57,964 nucleotides of DNA from Candidatus Firestoneibacteriota bacterium (GTDB taxonomy: Bacteria; Oederibacteriota; D2-FULL-39-29; JBBTED01): assembly GCA_038042445.1 (NCBI GenBank), contig JBBTED010000081.1:1-57964 (forward strand), given 5' to 3'. The position numbers and the translations under genes are program-made. Of the stretch, positions 10,090-20,336 are shown piece by piece. The notes beneath the pieces were generated by a model that saw only the letters and a list, made by a program, of their open reading frames with translations, was not told the origin of the DNA and made no database searches. Each line of letters begins with the position of its first letter. Position 1 is the first letter of the stretch.

Positions 10090-10494
10090 TCATTTTGTCA
10101 ATGGTCCTAATTCTCTTATTTTTTCTGTTACATTTTTTACTACTTCTGAAAATTTTACTCCTTCAGATGCAGATACCCAGCTTGCAAAAAACCTGTTTTT
10201 ATCAATTCCAAAATTATTCAGAAGTTCACTTACAACTAAAAACCGTCTCTGCCAATAAAGATTGCCTTTGTTATAATGGCAATCCCCAGGATGACATCCT
10301 GATACTAAAACACCGTCTGCACCAAGTTTAAAAGCTTCAATTATAAACATTGGATCCATTCTTCCAGTGCAGGGAAGTTTTATTATCTTTATATTTGCCG
10401 GATATTCCTTTCTGGATAAACCAGTAAGATCAGCCCCAGCATAACTACACCAATTACACAAAAATCCAACTATATTAGGTTCCCAATTATTCAT
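10090..10494 (-). CDS. flxD: MvhD/FlxD [2Fe-2S] subunit
   Basis: FLCNWCSYAGAD, PCTGR, GCHPGDCHY, WVSASEG. Confidence 0.9.
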   Translation of the reverse strand: MNNWEPNIVGFLCNWCSYAGADLTGLSRKEYPANIKIIKLPCTGRMDPMFIIEAFKLGADGVLVSGCHPGDCHYNKGNLYWQRRFLVVSELLNNFGIDKNRFFASWVSASEGVKFSEVVKNVTEKIRELGPLTK

Positions 10495-10500
10495 ATTATT

Positions 10501-12477
10501 TTATTCTATACATACGGCTTCTAATTCTGCCATTATTTGTTTATCTCTGAAACCTCTTAAATCTATGGCTTTGCAATAACAAGATCCAACACAGGTTCCA
10601 CATCCTCTGCATACTGATTCTATAACATTTGCTATTGAACGCTTTACGCCTCTTCTGATTTCTCTTTCCCGCATTTCAATTGCATTAAATGGACACACTA
10701 ATTTACAGGTCTCACATCCTGAACAAAGCGAGAAATTAACCTGAGCTATTGTTGGCTCGATTTCTATATTGTCTTTTGAAAATAAAGCACAGACTTTTGC
10801 AGCAGCAGCTCCAGCTTGTGCTACTGTATCCGGAATATCTTTTGGACCAGAACAAGCGCCTGCTAAAAATATTCCAGATGTAACTGTTTCAACAGGAGCA
10901 AGTTTTGGATGAAGCTCTGTAAAAAAACGATAAGTATCATACGGTATTCCAAGTGTCTGTGCAACTTTAACTGAATCATACTTTGGAACCATAGCATCTG
11001 CTAAAATTACCATATCAGCATCTATTTCTACTTGTCCGCCTGCTAATGTATCAGTTCCTAATACTCTTAGTTTTTTGCCCTTTTCATATATACGTGAAAC
11101 TCTGCCACGTAAATATGTTACCTGATAATCAACCTGCGCACGTCTAACAAACTCTTCATAGCCTTTTCCAAAAGCTCTTATATCAATATAAAATATATAC
11201 GCTCTGGAATTAGGCAAATGTTCTTTTAAAAGTATAGCCTGCTTTGCTGTCCACATACAGCAAACTCTTGCGCAATAATCCTGTCCCTTTGAAGGATCTC
11301 TGGCTCCAACGCATTGAATAAATACTACATCTTTTGGTTCTTCCTGATCAGATGGCCTTAAAATATGGCCATCTGTTGGACCAGATGAGCTAACCATTCT
11401 CTCAAATTGCAAACCGCTTAGTACATTTTTATATTTTCCATAACCATATTCACCATAATTTGAATGGTCATAAATATCTATGCCAGTAGCTACAACAATT
11501 GCCCCAAATTTTTCTTCAACAACTTCATCTTCCTGATTGTAAATTATTGCATTTGATGGACAAAATTTCTCACAAACTTTACATTTTCCTTTAAGAAAAT
11601 ATATACAATTATTTTTATCTATTACAGGAACATTTGGCACAGCCTGAGGAAACGGAGTATAAATTGCTTTTCTGTCTCCAGTTTTTTCATTAAATTCACT
11701 GGAAGTTTTTGCCGGACATTTTTGTGTGCAAACACCACAACCTGTGCATTTAACCATATCAACATAGCGAGCTTTTTTTCTTATTTTAACAGTAAAATTT
11801 CCAACATATCCTTGAACTTCTTCAACTTCAGCATAAGTATAAATTTTTATATTTTTATTTTGTGCAACTGCAACCATTTTAGGAGAAAGTATACACTGTG
11901 AACAATCTAATGTTGGAAATGTTTTGTCCAGCTGCGACATTCTTCCGCCTATTGAAGACTCTCTTTCTACAATAACAGTTTCATGACCCGCATCACCTAA
12001 ATCAAGACTCGCCTGTATTCCTGCTATTCCACCGCCTATTACAAGCGCCCTTTTTATTACAGGTGAATAAAGAGGAAAAAGTGGCTCATTGCGAAGCACT
12101 TTCGCAACTGCTATTTCCGTAAGCTTCATTGCTTTTTTAGTTGCAGCTTCTTTATCTTTCTGATGCACCCATGAACATTGCTCACGGATATTTGCCATTT
12201 CAAAATAATACGGATTTATTTTTCCTTTATTAACACAAATTCTAAATGTCAGCTCATGCATTCTTGGTGAACAGGAAGAAACTACAATTCTATCAAGTTT
12301 ATATTCTTTTATAGTATCAAGTATTAAGTTTTGTCCGGGATCAGAACACATATACTTGTATTCTTTTGCTATTGCAACTTTTTGCAATGTCATAGCATAT
12401 TCCACAACTTTTGGAACATCAACTGTAGACGCAATATTCACTCCACAATCACAAATAAACACACCAACTCTAGCCAT
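10501..12477 (-). CDS. hdrA: Heterodisulfide reductase subunit A
   Basis: GVFICDCG, CSPRMHE, NIREQCSW, GGGIAG, DKTFPTLDC, FIQCVG, CCM, ferredoxin motifs. Confidence 0.95.
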   Translation of the reverse strand: MARVGVFICDCGVNIASTVDVPKVVEYAMTLQKVAIAKEYKYMCSDPGQNLILDTIKEYKLDRIVVSSCSPRMHELTFRICVNKGKINPYYFEMANIREQCSWVHQKDKEAATKKAMKLTEIAVAKVLRNEPLFPLYSPVIKRALVIGGGIAGIQASLDLGDAGHETVIVERESSIGGRMSQLDKTFPTLDCSQCILSPKMVAVAQNKNIKIYTYAEVEEVQGYVGNFTVKIRKKARYVDMVKCTGCGVCTQKCPAKTSSEFNEKTGDRKAIYTPFPQAVPNVPVIDKNNCIYFLKGKCKVCEKFCPSNAIIYNQEDEVVEEKFGAIVVATGIDIYDHSNYGEYGYGKYKNVLSGLQFERMVSSSGPTDGHILRPSDQEEPKDVVFIQCVGARDPSKGQDYCARVCCMWTAKQAILLKEHLPNSRAYIFYIDIRAFGKGYEEFVRRAQVDYQVTYLRGRVSRIYEKGKKLRVLGTDTLAGGQVEIDADMVILADAMVPKYDSVKVAQTLGIPYDTYRFFTELHPKLAPVETVTSGIFLAGACSGPKDIPDTVAQAGAAAAKVCALFSKDNIEIEPTIAQVNFSLCSGCETCKLVCPFNAIEMREREIRRGVKRSIANVIESVCRGCGTCVGSCYCKAIDLRGFRDKQIMAELEAVCIE

Positions 12478-12480
12478 AGT

Positions 12481-13350
12481 TTATATTAATCCTTTTGAGG
12501 ATAACAATTTTTCAGCAGATACCATATGCCTTTTCAAGCCCAATCCTCTTATATCTGCTCCCATACTCAAACCTATAAGCTGTGTGAAATAAAAAACAGG
12601 TAAATTATATTTAACTTTATACTTTTTCTCAACTTCTTTCTGTCTTAAATCTAAATTTGAATGACAAAGCGGACAAGCAACCATAATACAATCCGCTTTT
12701 TCATCATAAGCATTTTGTAATATATCATTTGTTAATTTTAAAACCAACTCTTTTTTAGAAAGCGAAAAAGTAGCTCCACAACATTCTGTTTTATATGCCC
12801 AATTCACAGATTCAGCTCCCAAAGATAAAACAAGATTATCTAAAAACTGTGGGTCTTCAATTCGGTCAAATGTTGCAACCTTAGGCGGGCGTGTTAACAA
12901 ACATCCATAATAAGAAGCGATTTTTAAACCTGACAATTTTTTTGCAACTTTTTTTTCAATTTCTTTTAACCCTATTTTTTCAATTATAACCTGGGGCAGA
13001 TGGTAAATATCTACATTGCCTTCATAAGTTTCGCCCAAAACTTCAGAAACGTTTTTCTTTAGTTCTTCATTTTCTGCAACTTCAAGATTTGCTAATTTTA
13101 GTCTAGAAAAACATTCACTACAAGGAGCAGCAACAGGTAAATTTTCAGTTTGAGCCCATAGAAGATTTTTGGCAGGCAGTGCAATACTTGCAAGTGCATT
13201 AGTTCTATGAATTGGTGTTGCTCCACAGCAAACCCAATTTGGAATTTCCACAAGTTCAATGCCTAATCTGCCACATACAAATTTGGTGGAAGCATCATAT
13301 TCCTTTGCAGTTGAATGCAAAGAACATCCGGGAAAATATGCAAATTTCAC
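12481..13350 (-). CDS. hdrB: Heterodisulfide reductase subunit B
   Basis: YFPGC, CCG, YYGC, ECCG, CPLC (two CCG domains). Confidence 0.95.
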   Translation of the reverse strand: MKFAYFPGCSLHSTAKEYDASTKFVCGRLGIELVEIPNWVCCGATPIHRTNALASIALPAKNLLWAQTENLPVAAPCSECFSRLKLANLEVAENEELKKNVSEVLGETYEGNVDIYHLPQVIIEKIGLKEIEKKVAKKLSGLKIASYYGCLLTRPPKVATFDRIEDPQFLDNLVLSLGAESVNWAYKTECCGATFSLSKKELVLKLTNDILQNAYDEKADCIMVACPLCHSNLDLRQKEVEKKYKVKYNLPVFYFTQLIGLSMGADIRGLGLKRHMVSAEKLLSSKGLI

Positions 13351-13364
13351 TTAAATATTCCTTT

Positions 13365-13913
13365 CTAACGGGATTTCGATTTCTCAAAAATTTGTTGGAC
13401 AGCTTTACTATTGACACGTGAAAAAGATATAGGCAATTTGCCTTTAATAAACATCTTTGGAAAAAGCAAAACATCTTTAAACAAATTAAAAGTCAGTGCA
13501 TTATTTAATGCTCCAAGTAAAAATTCTGGAGGCCTGCCAAAAACTTCAACTAATTTTGTAAAAATTTTATCAAATATAGCTATTCTTAATTCTCTTGGTT
13601 TAAACTCGCCATTTTGAGAAACAATTCTGGTAGCATCCATTAACTTTGCGATATCTATTTCTCTTGGGCATCTTGTAGTACAGGTTTCACAGGAAATACA
13701 AAACCAAGGTGTATTGCTTTTTTTTATCTCTTCTGTTACTCCTAATTGCAAAATTCTAATAAAACGGGTAGGCCCCAAATCCATAGCATAAGCCAAAGGA
13801 CAACCTGCTGTGCATTTGCCACATTGATAACAATTTGCAACAACTTGGCCACTGATTTTTTCAACTTCTCCAGTTATTTTTTTATCCGTATCTTTGAGTA
13901 TAATCCATTTCAT
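13365..13913 (-). CDS. hdrC: Heterodisulfide reductase subunit C
   Basis: CYQCGKCTAGCP, WFCISCETCTTRCP. Confidence 0.93.
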   Translation of the reverse strand: MKWIILKDTDKKITGEVEKISGQVVANCYQCGKCTAGCPLAYAMDLGPTRFIRILQLGVTEEIKKSNTPWFCISCETCTTRCPREIDIAKLMDATRIVSQNGEFKPRELRIAIFDKIFTKLVEVFGRPPEFLLGALNNALTFNLFKDVLLFPKMFIKGKLPISFSRVNSKAVQQIFEKSKSR

Positions 13914-13925
13914 AATAGTGCTTTA

Positions 13926-13954
13926 ATTTTATTTGAAAATTATGTTTGTGTCAA
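13926..13954 (-). promoter_or_regulatory. Sigma70-type promoter of hdrC
   Basis: TTGACA, 17 nt, TAAAAT, 12 nt before the ATG. Confidence 0.65.
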
Positions 13955-14002
13955 TAGCAAATCATGTGGAGTTTCCCCATTTTTAAAACTTACCTGTTGT
14001 TT

Positions 14003-14083
14003 TGTCATTCTGAGGCTTTAGCCGAAGAATCTATCTTTAAAAGTCCTTTTAAAACAAGATTCTTCACTTCGTTCAGAATGACA
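14003..14083. repeat. REPIN-like element, family E
   Basis: TGTCATTCTGA...GAAGAATCT spacer AGATTCTTC...TCAGAATGACA inverted arms. Confidence 0.85.
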
Positions 14084-14212
14084 TAAAAAAACAATCTACC
14101 ATTTTATCGATTTCTTCTTTCCACTTCTTATTTCTTGTTTTTACTTGATTTTAAAGAGCTTACATCATTTCGCAATCAAATTTTGGGGAATCTCCTCCAA
14201 ATCATAAAACCA

Positions 14213-15688
14213 TTATAATCCCATAAGTTTATGAGAAAAATCTGCAAAAGGATTTTTGCTGGTTTTCATTTCCTGATAAAGATGTAGTTTCAATTCTTTT
14301 AAGATTTTTGTATACTTTGGATTATCTATTAAATTGTTTAACTCATAAGGATCATTATTTAAATCATATAATTCATCAATATCAGATGGAGTAAAAATAT
14401 ATTTATAATTTTCAAATCTTATCATATTTTGAAAGTGCATACCGCGAATGTCAAATCCATAGAATTGGCCTGTTACATTTTTTCTGGCTTTCTCCTGCCT
14501 GCCTTCAATTACTGGAAGCAAACTACAAGAATCAATATCATTCGGCTTAGAAACCTCACAAATATCCAATATTGTAGAAAATATATCCATATTACTTGCA
14601 AAAGATGAACATCTGTTTTGGACAATATTTTCACCTGCTCTGATTATCAATGGAACTTTATATGTTTCTTCATACATATACGGTCCTTTATCCCATAAAC
14701 CATTATGACATCCAAGTGTATCACCATGATCAGATGTAAAAATTACTATTGTATTCTTATCAAGTCCAAGATTTTTTAATTCATTAAGTATCTTCCCTAT
14801 CTGAAAATCTATCATAGACATAAAATCAAAATGTGCTGCAATTATTTTCTGCCATAATTTCCATCCTTTTGCAGATAAACTTTTATGTAAATATTTTATG
14901 TATCTTTTTTGTATATGTGGTTTATTAGAAAGATCATCACGAAAATTTTTCCATTCCTGTATATTTTCAGGATTGTGCATTCCTGCAAATTCAGGTGAAG
15001 GAAAAGCAGGATGATGCGGCCCCCAAAATGCTGCTGTTATAAAAAATGGCTTGTCTTTATATTTTTTAAGCAATTCTATGGTTCTGGCAGCAACAAAACC
15101 AGATTCTGTAAGATTTGTTGGTAAATCTATCACTCCTGAATATAGGTTACCACAATTTACTTCTTTTGTCAGTTCAGGTAACAGCCACGTAGTTTTTTGA
15201 GAAAAATCTGTTTCTCCTATTGGATTTTTTATTTGTATTGTATCCCATCCAAAATGCCCTTGTTCTTTTAAAAATTCATCGTAATCTTCAACAAAATCAG
15301 GTAATCCATAACCAGCATGCTTTGTCCCTTCAAAACCATATTCACGCGGCCCTTTATTTACTCCTATATGCCATTTACCTACATATCCACATTTATAACC
15401 TGCATTTAAAAGATAATGCGTTATAACACTTTTCTCATCATCTATTTCACTCTTGCCATACGGTTGTGTTGTAGTATTATATAAAATGCCATGTCTGTGT
15501 GGAAGCTTGCCTGTAAAAATAGATGCTCTTGCAGGAGAACAAATAGATAACGGAGTATACGCATTATCAAAAGTTACTCCCTCTTTGGATAAATTATCTG
15601 TATTAGGTGTCTGACAAATTCCAGCATAAGAACCAAGAGTATTTGCTATTACCTGATCCACCATTATAAACAAAACATTTTTTTTCAT
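14213..15688 (-). CDS. Cys-type formylglycine sulfatase, no signal peptide
   Basis: NVLFIMVDQ, CSPARASIFTG (CxPxR), GKWH, FTSDHGD, ELYDLNNDPYE. Confidence 0.92.
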   Translation of the reverse strand: MKKNVLFIMVDQVIANTLGSYAGICQTPNTDNLSKEGVTFDNAYTPLSICSPARASIFTGKLPHRHGILYNTTTQPYGKSEIDDEKSVITHYLLNAGYKCGYVGKWHIGVNKGPREYGFEGTKHAGYGLPDFVEDYDEFLKEQGHFGWDTIQIKNPIGETDFSQKTTWLLPELTKEVNCGNLYSGVIDLPTNLTESGFVAARTIELLKKYKDKPFFITAAFWGPHHPAFPSPEFAGMHNPENIQEWKNFRDDLSNKPHIQKRYIKYLHKSLSAKGWKLWQKIIAAHFDFMSMIDFQIGKILNELKNLGLDKNTIVIFTSDHGDTLGCHNGLWDKGPYMYEETYKVPLIIRAGENIVQNRCSSFASNMDIFSTILDICEVSKPNDIDSCSLLPVIEGRQEKARKNVTGQFYGFDIRGMHFQNMIRFENYKYIFTPSDIDELYDLNNDPYELNNLIDNPKYTKILKELKLHLYQEMKTSKNPFADFSHKLMGL

Positions 15689-15698
15689 ACCTAATAAT

Positions 15699-16379
15699 TT
15701 ATTTTCCGGAAGATATCATAACATCAGTAATGTAAATACCGGATTGGGGTTTGTCGTACATAAATTGAAAACTAAGACTTACTATACCAATTATTTCTTC
15801 TAAAGGTGGACGCAATGCATCAAAAATTACTTCTAATGGAATAGCTACTTTCTGCCAGGTATTAGGATCACTATCTATAGTTCCTTCATCTAAATATTTG
15901 TCCATTGCTATATAGTTGGAATATTGACCTGTTTTATCTTTAGGTGTATATTTTGTATTGTCACGTTTAAGAAATTCACACATTATCATAAATTTCTGTC
16001 CTCCTTGAAAACGACCTGATATATCTTTTCCACCATTTATATAAAAACTTAAAACTCCATCTTCTAACTGAGACTTTTTAAGCATTATTGCATTTGAAAA
16101 TTCTTTAGTATCTTTATCAAAAAAATTTGAACCACAAAAAGGCCTTCCTGTCTCAGGATGAATATCAATTAAAAAAGATACAACTGTTCCTTTTTTTACT
16201 ACTTCCTTGTTTTCAGTCGTAATAGTTCCCCAGAATTTCGGAGATGAAAATGCCCAGCCAGAAGCAAGCCCTGTTTCCCCAGAAATAATATAAACCTGTT
16301 CCTGAGCCAATATATTCCTTGCTATAAAAAAACCAAAAACTACTACTATTCCCATTACTACTTTTACTTTTGTAGACAT
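15699..16379 (-). CDS. Secreted CBM-like single-domain protein, paralogue of the N-terminus of the upstream GH42-like gene
   Basis: Start MSTKVK at 16379 with GAGGTGG RBS; hydrophobic signal; YIISGETGLASGWAFSSPKFWGTITTEN identical to the neighbour. Confidence 0.75.
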   Translation of the reverse strand: MSTKVKVVMGIVVVFGFFIARNILAQEQVYIISGETGLASGWAFSSPKFWGTITTENKEVVKKGTVVSFLIDIHPETGRPFCGSNFFDKDTKEFSNAIMLKKSQLEDGVLSFYINGGKDISGRFQGGQKFMIMCEFLKRDNTKYTPKDKTGQYSNYIAMDKYLDEGTIDSDPNTWQKVAIPLEVIFDALRPPLEEIIGIVSLSFQFMYDKPQSGIYITDVMISSGK

Positions 16380-16405
16380 ATAAGTCCACCTCCTATATAG
16401 TAAAT

Positions 16406-16461
16406 TGTAGTCGTCCGCATAGGCGGACAAAATTAAAACTGCTGATAAATCAGCAACTACA
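16406..16461. repeat. GTAG REP doublet, family B variant
   Basis: TGTAGTCGTCCGCATAGGCGGAC...GCTGATAAATCAGCAACTACA. Confidence 0.75.
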
Positions 16462-16469
16462 ATATTATT

Positions 16470-19400
16470 TTATAATTTTTCTCCAGTAATTGCTACTATT
16501 ATTGGAATTATTTGACCTGTATATGATTCTATATCAATACTTGTAATAACTTTTTCTGGATTTGGATTTGTCCATTCATAAATATATAATCCTCTATCTT
16601 TGCTGTTTTTCCATCCTACACGAACTTTATCATTCAAATCTTTTGGCTTCCACCAATCAGCTATTTGCGCATTTTCTGGCTTTTTGAAATTTGCTAAAAT
16701 ATCCTGTTCTATCTTCGTTCCATCAGAATAATTTATTATATATTTGTGTGAATTTCCATCAGCAGTCCACGCAGATACATGTAAAAAAAACAACTTCTTT
16801 GCCTGTCTGTTTACTGGTATGCCTGCAACTTTCTCTATACCGCCTTTCATTGATTTTGAACTCATCACTATACAAGATGTATCCTTATTCATATCAGGCC
16901 TAATTATATCAAATGGTACATTTAAAAATGTCTGCATTCCATTTCCTATTTCTTCTAAACTATTTTGCCTTCCCTGGTCAGTCCAACCTCCTTTTGCATC
17001 TCCTTCCACCTGGTCCATAAATTCACGATTCGTCCATCCCCTTATATCTACAGTCCAACAATTATTAGGATTAACTGTAAAGTTTCGCTTCTTCTCTTCT
17101 TCTGTCTCAACTGTCTTTCGTTCTTCTTCTTTATTTTTTTCTTCCATTGCTATTTTTTCATATTCCTTTACTATTAAATTCTGTGTAACCTCATTAAGCT
17201 TTGTTTTATTCCATTGGTTCTTAGAAAATACTATTACCACTCTATTTTGCGGTTGAAGTATTGTCCATATTCCTTCTTGTAATTCTTTACTACTCCATTG
17301 TTTTGAACCGCTTGGGCTTAGAGCCAATTTGCCTTCTAATGGTTCTAACACATAAACACTGCCTTTTATGAAATTACCGGGAATTATTACTTTGCCTGAC
17401 TTTGTATACAAATCCCAATTCCATAGAAATACTGCTTTTGTATCGCCTCTATCTACTAATACCATCTCTACATTTGGCACTAATTTGTTTTCTTTATCTA
17501 CTACCTGAACTGGTGTATTGATTTTTTCTTTTTCTAATATACTTACAAGTATTGACATTAAATGATAATCTCTAAATAATCCTCCTATATAATAAATCTT
17601 ACCTTTTCCCTGTGTCTTCATTGTAATAACAGATTTATCTGATGCCTTTCCTATAACTTCTGCTGTTTGAACATCTACATCTCTGTTTAATAATCCACGT
17701 ATTTTACCTTCTATTAAATTTGTCTGAGGTATTTGCAATGTTATGTCTTCTACTTTAGATTGTTTGCTTACTCCAACTTTTACTCCTGCCCACCCTACAC
17801 CACTCACTTCGTTCGGGTATAGGACATGCCCGTATTCGTCATTTGCTATTGTATCCAGGCCTAAGATTAAAATTCCGCCGTCTTGGACAAAATTCTCAAG
17901 ATTTTCCCGTACTTTTGGCTCTACATAATTTATACCACCTGCAACTATTACTTTATACTTCTTCTGGATATTCTCATCTCTGATTTGTTCATCAAGTATT
18001 GTATCAAAAGGATAATGACTATATTCCAATGCAGCATAATAATTCATCATCTCTTCCACCATTGTTGGCTCTTTGGAAATATAAGAAAATCTTCTGGATG
18101 AGTATGAATGTAAATATGCTATTTCTGCTTGGACTCCTTTGGGTCTTGGAACTACTATATCATCTACTAACAACATCTCTTTCTTGAAATCTAAAATGCC
18201 AGGCAATGACGAAGTCGGATATGCATAAGGAATTAATATCATATATGGAAAACGTCTAGCTAAATCTATACCTGCTTCAACAGTTTTTGGATTCCAGTCC
18301 CATGCTCTTCTTGTCCATACAAAAAGATACCCTGCATTTTCTCCTCGCATCATAACGTTCCAAAATGCATTTCTCATCCCTTCTCGTGTAGGTAACGGAT
18401 ATGACATCTCTCCATCTACTATTGGCTTATTTGGAGCAATGCTTCTTAATATACTCATTGTTAAGCTACTACTTATTGCTCCTGAATTTTGCATAGGGAC
18501 ATCAATAAGTTCTTTTGTTGGTCCTTTTAAACCCATTCCATAACGCTCTGGGCCTGCACCTGTAGGAGTCTGTATTGTCGTAAAAATTTTACTCATTTTA
18601 TAGTAGTTATATGATGATGTATGTGCATTTATTGCTTCGCCACCCATTGGCTGACATGTAACCTGAACATCTTTTCTTGTATCTATTGCTTTTATCGTTT
18701 CTATACCCTCTTTGTTTATTTGGACAAATCTATCCTCTAAAAATTTTGTGTAGTCAACATATAATCCTATATTTTCAAGTTTACTCTTAAATTTACTAAC
18801 TTCTTCATAAGATGAATATTTTGTATTCCACATTTTATTTAGCTCTTCTATATTTTTATATTTCGCATCTAACCATACAGCAAATTTTTTGCGATTTTCA
18901 TCACATTCACAAAAATATGATGGCTCATTAAACAATTCATAAAAAAGTGGCTTTGCTCCAAATTCTACAATCTTTTTTGTCCCGTATTCCCATTTTGATT
19001 TATAAACTTTCATTCCATCTTCGTTATCCGGATCATAAGACAACCAATGTTGTCCTAATTTTAAATCTGATTTAGCTTTCTCAGGTATTAAATTAGTCGT
19101 AGATAATCTTCCACCTCCCCATGAAGGCATTGAAAAATCAACATAAATAGGCAATTTGATTTCTTTAATAAATCTATCTTGTCTGGGATCACTCTCCTTA
19201 TACTCTCTACTTTCCCAAAATGTGAGTTTAGTATCATACTTTTCCATCCAGCCATTTGAAGAGAAAAAACCTAATGTATCAAAACCTAATCTTTGTGCTT
19301 CTTCATATCCCATCACTTTTTCATATATCCACTTGTGTTTTTCTGCATATCCCGGTGTTGTTGGCGACTCAATGCTTGATGCTATCTGCCCTGAATATTG

Positions 19401-20264
19401 TGCCCCTGTAAGAAACCTTGGCTTACCAGAAACAATATAATTAGCTCCTTCTATTTTTATTTCAGTAGGCATAAGAATATTTTTATCTAAATCTTTGAAT
19501 TCAGAAAAATATGCATCTTCTTCTAATTTACTATATACTTTTTTTCCTTTGGATTTAACATCCTGTTGTTCTCTAAAAGAAATTTTGACATCAGTAATAT
19601 AAATACCTGATTGGGGAGTAGAACCACCATAAAACTGAAAAGAAAAACTTACAATCCCTATAATTTCATCAATATTAACTTTGTCCAAATATAACTTTAA
19701 AGGAATATTCACTTCCTGCCATGTATCAGGATCATTATCTATACTTTCTCCTTCTAAATATTTGTCTATTGCTATATATTTAGAATATTCACCTGATCTA
19801 GGTAGATATTTTGTATTGTCACGTTTAAGAAATTCATAAACCACCATGACTTTCTGTCCCCCTTGAAACCGTCCTACTATATCTTTCCCGCCATTTATAT
19901 AAAAACTTAATACTCCATTTTCTAAATAAGACTTCGCAAGCTGTATTGCATTTGAAAATCCTTTAGTGTCTTTATCATAAAAAGTTGAGCCACTAAAAGC
20001 TTTCCCAGTCTCAGGATGAATATCAATTAAAAAAGATACAGCTGTCCCTTTTTTTACTATTTCCCTGTTTTCAGTTGTAATAGTTCCCCAGAATTTTGGG
20101 CTTGAAAATGCCCAACCAGAAGCAAGCCCTGTTTCTCCGGAAATAATATATATATCTTTTTGCGTTTCAACTTCCTGTGCATTGACAAATCCCAATGTAA
20201 CGACTGAAAAAAGCAGTGTAACCATAAAAATAGAACTAATCATAACTTTTAGTCTATCATTCAT
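16470..20264 (-). CDS. Secreted multidomain GH42-like (clan GH-A) glycoside hydrolase
   Basis: Signal peptide; ELFNEPSY acid/base motif; FAVWLDAKYKNIEELNKMWNT GH42-like signature; trimerisation-like domain (FVQDGG); extra N- and C-terminal domains. Confidence 0.8.
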   Translation of the reverse strand: MNDRLKVMISSIFMVTLLFSVVTLGFVNAQEVETQKDIYIISGETGLASGWAFSSPKFWGTITTENREIVKKGTAVSFLIDIHPETGKAFSGSTFYDKDTKGFSNAIQLAKSYLENGVLSFYINGGKDIVGRFQGGQKVMVVYEFLKRDNTKYLPRSGEYSKYIAIDKYLEGESIDNDPDTWQEVNIPLKLYLDKVNIDEIIGIVSFSFQFYGGSTPQSGIYITDVKISFREQQDVKSKGKKVYSKLEEDAYFSEFKDLDKNILMPTEIKIEGANYIVSGKPRFLTGAQYSGQIASSIESPTTPGYAEKHKWIYEKVMGYEEAQRLGFDTLGFFSSNGWMEKYDTKLTFWESREYKESDPRQDRFIKEIKLPIYVDFSMPSWGGGRLSTTNLIPEKAKSDLKLGQHWLSYDPDNEDGMKVYKSKWEYGTKKIVEFGAKPLFYELFNEPSYFCECDENRKKFAVWLDAKYKNIEELNKMWNTKYSSYEEVSKFKSKLENIGLYVDYTKFLEDRFVQINKEGIETIKAIDTRKDVQVTCQPMGGEAINAHTSSYNYYKMSKIFTTIQTPTGAGPERYGMGLKGPTKELIDVPMQNSGAISSSLTMSILRSIAPNKPIVDGEMSYPLPTREGMRNAFWNVMMRGENAGYLFVWTRRAWDWNPKTVEAGIDLARRFPYMILIPYAYPTSSLPGILDFKKEMLLVDDIVVPRPKGVQAEIAYLHSYSSRRFSYISKEPTMVEEMMNYYAALEYSHYPFDTILDEQIRDENIQKKYKVIVAGGINYVEPKVRENLENFVQDGGILILGLDTIANDEYGHVLYPNEVSGVGWAGVKVGVSKQSKVEDITLQIPQTNLIEGKIRGLLNRDVDVQTAEVIGKASDKSVITMKTQGKGKIYYIGGLFRDYHLMSILVSILEKEKINTPVQVVDKENKLVPNVEMVLVDRGDTKAVFLWNWDLYTKSGKVIIPGNFIKGSVYVLEPLEGKLALSPSGSKQWSSKELQEGIWTILQPQNRVVIVFSKNQWNKTKLNEVTQNLIVKEYEKIAMEEKNKEEERKTVETEEEKKRNFTVNPNNCWTVDIRGWTNREFMDQVEGDAKGGWTDQGRQNSLEEIGNGMQTFLNVPFDIIRPDMNKDTSCIVMSSKSMKGGIEKVAGIPVNRQAKKLFFLHVSAWTADGNSHKYIINYSDGTKIEQDILANFKKPENAQIADWWKPKDLNDKVRVGWKNSKDRGLYIYEWTNPNPEKVITSIDIESYTGQIIPIIVAITGEKL

Positions 20265-20292
20265 ACTTTGTCTACCTCCAGCTTATGGTATT

Positions 20293-20336
20293 AAATCTCC
20301 CCTACCCCTCTTTTCCAAAGAGGGAGAACTCACTAA
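20293..20336. repeat. Palindromic repeat family F (CCCCT/AAAGAGGG)
   Basis: AAATCTCCCCTACCCCTCTTTTCCAAAGAGGGAGAA, near-identical to 56891-56927. Confidence 0.75.

Noticed and set aside
10032..10331. 99-aa plus-strand ORF
   Set aside because: Starts in a family D repeat and is antisense to flxD
10090..12477. Selenocysteine recoding in MvhD/HdrA
   Set aside because: Both ORFs are full length with Cys and no in-frame TGA
16380..16430. N-terminal extension MSAYADDY of the 243-aa ORF
   Set aside because: Read from a REP; the RBS supports 16379
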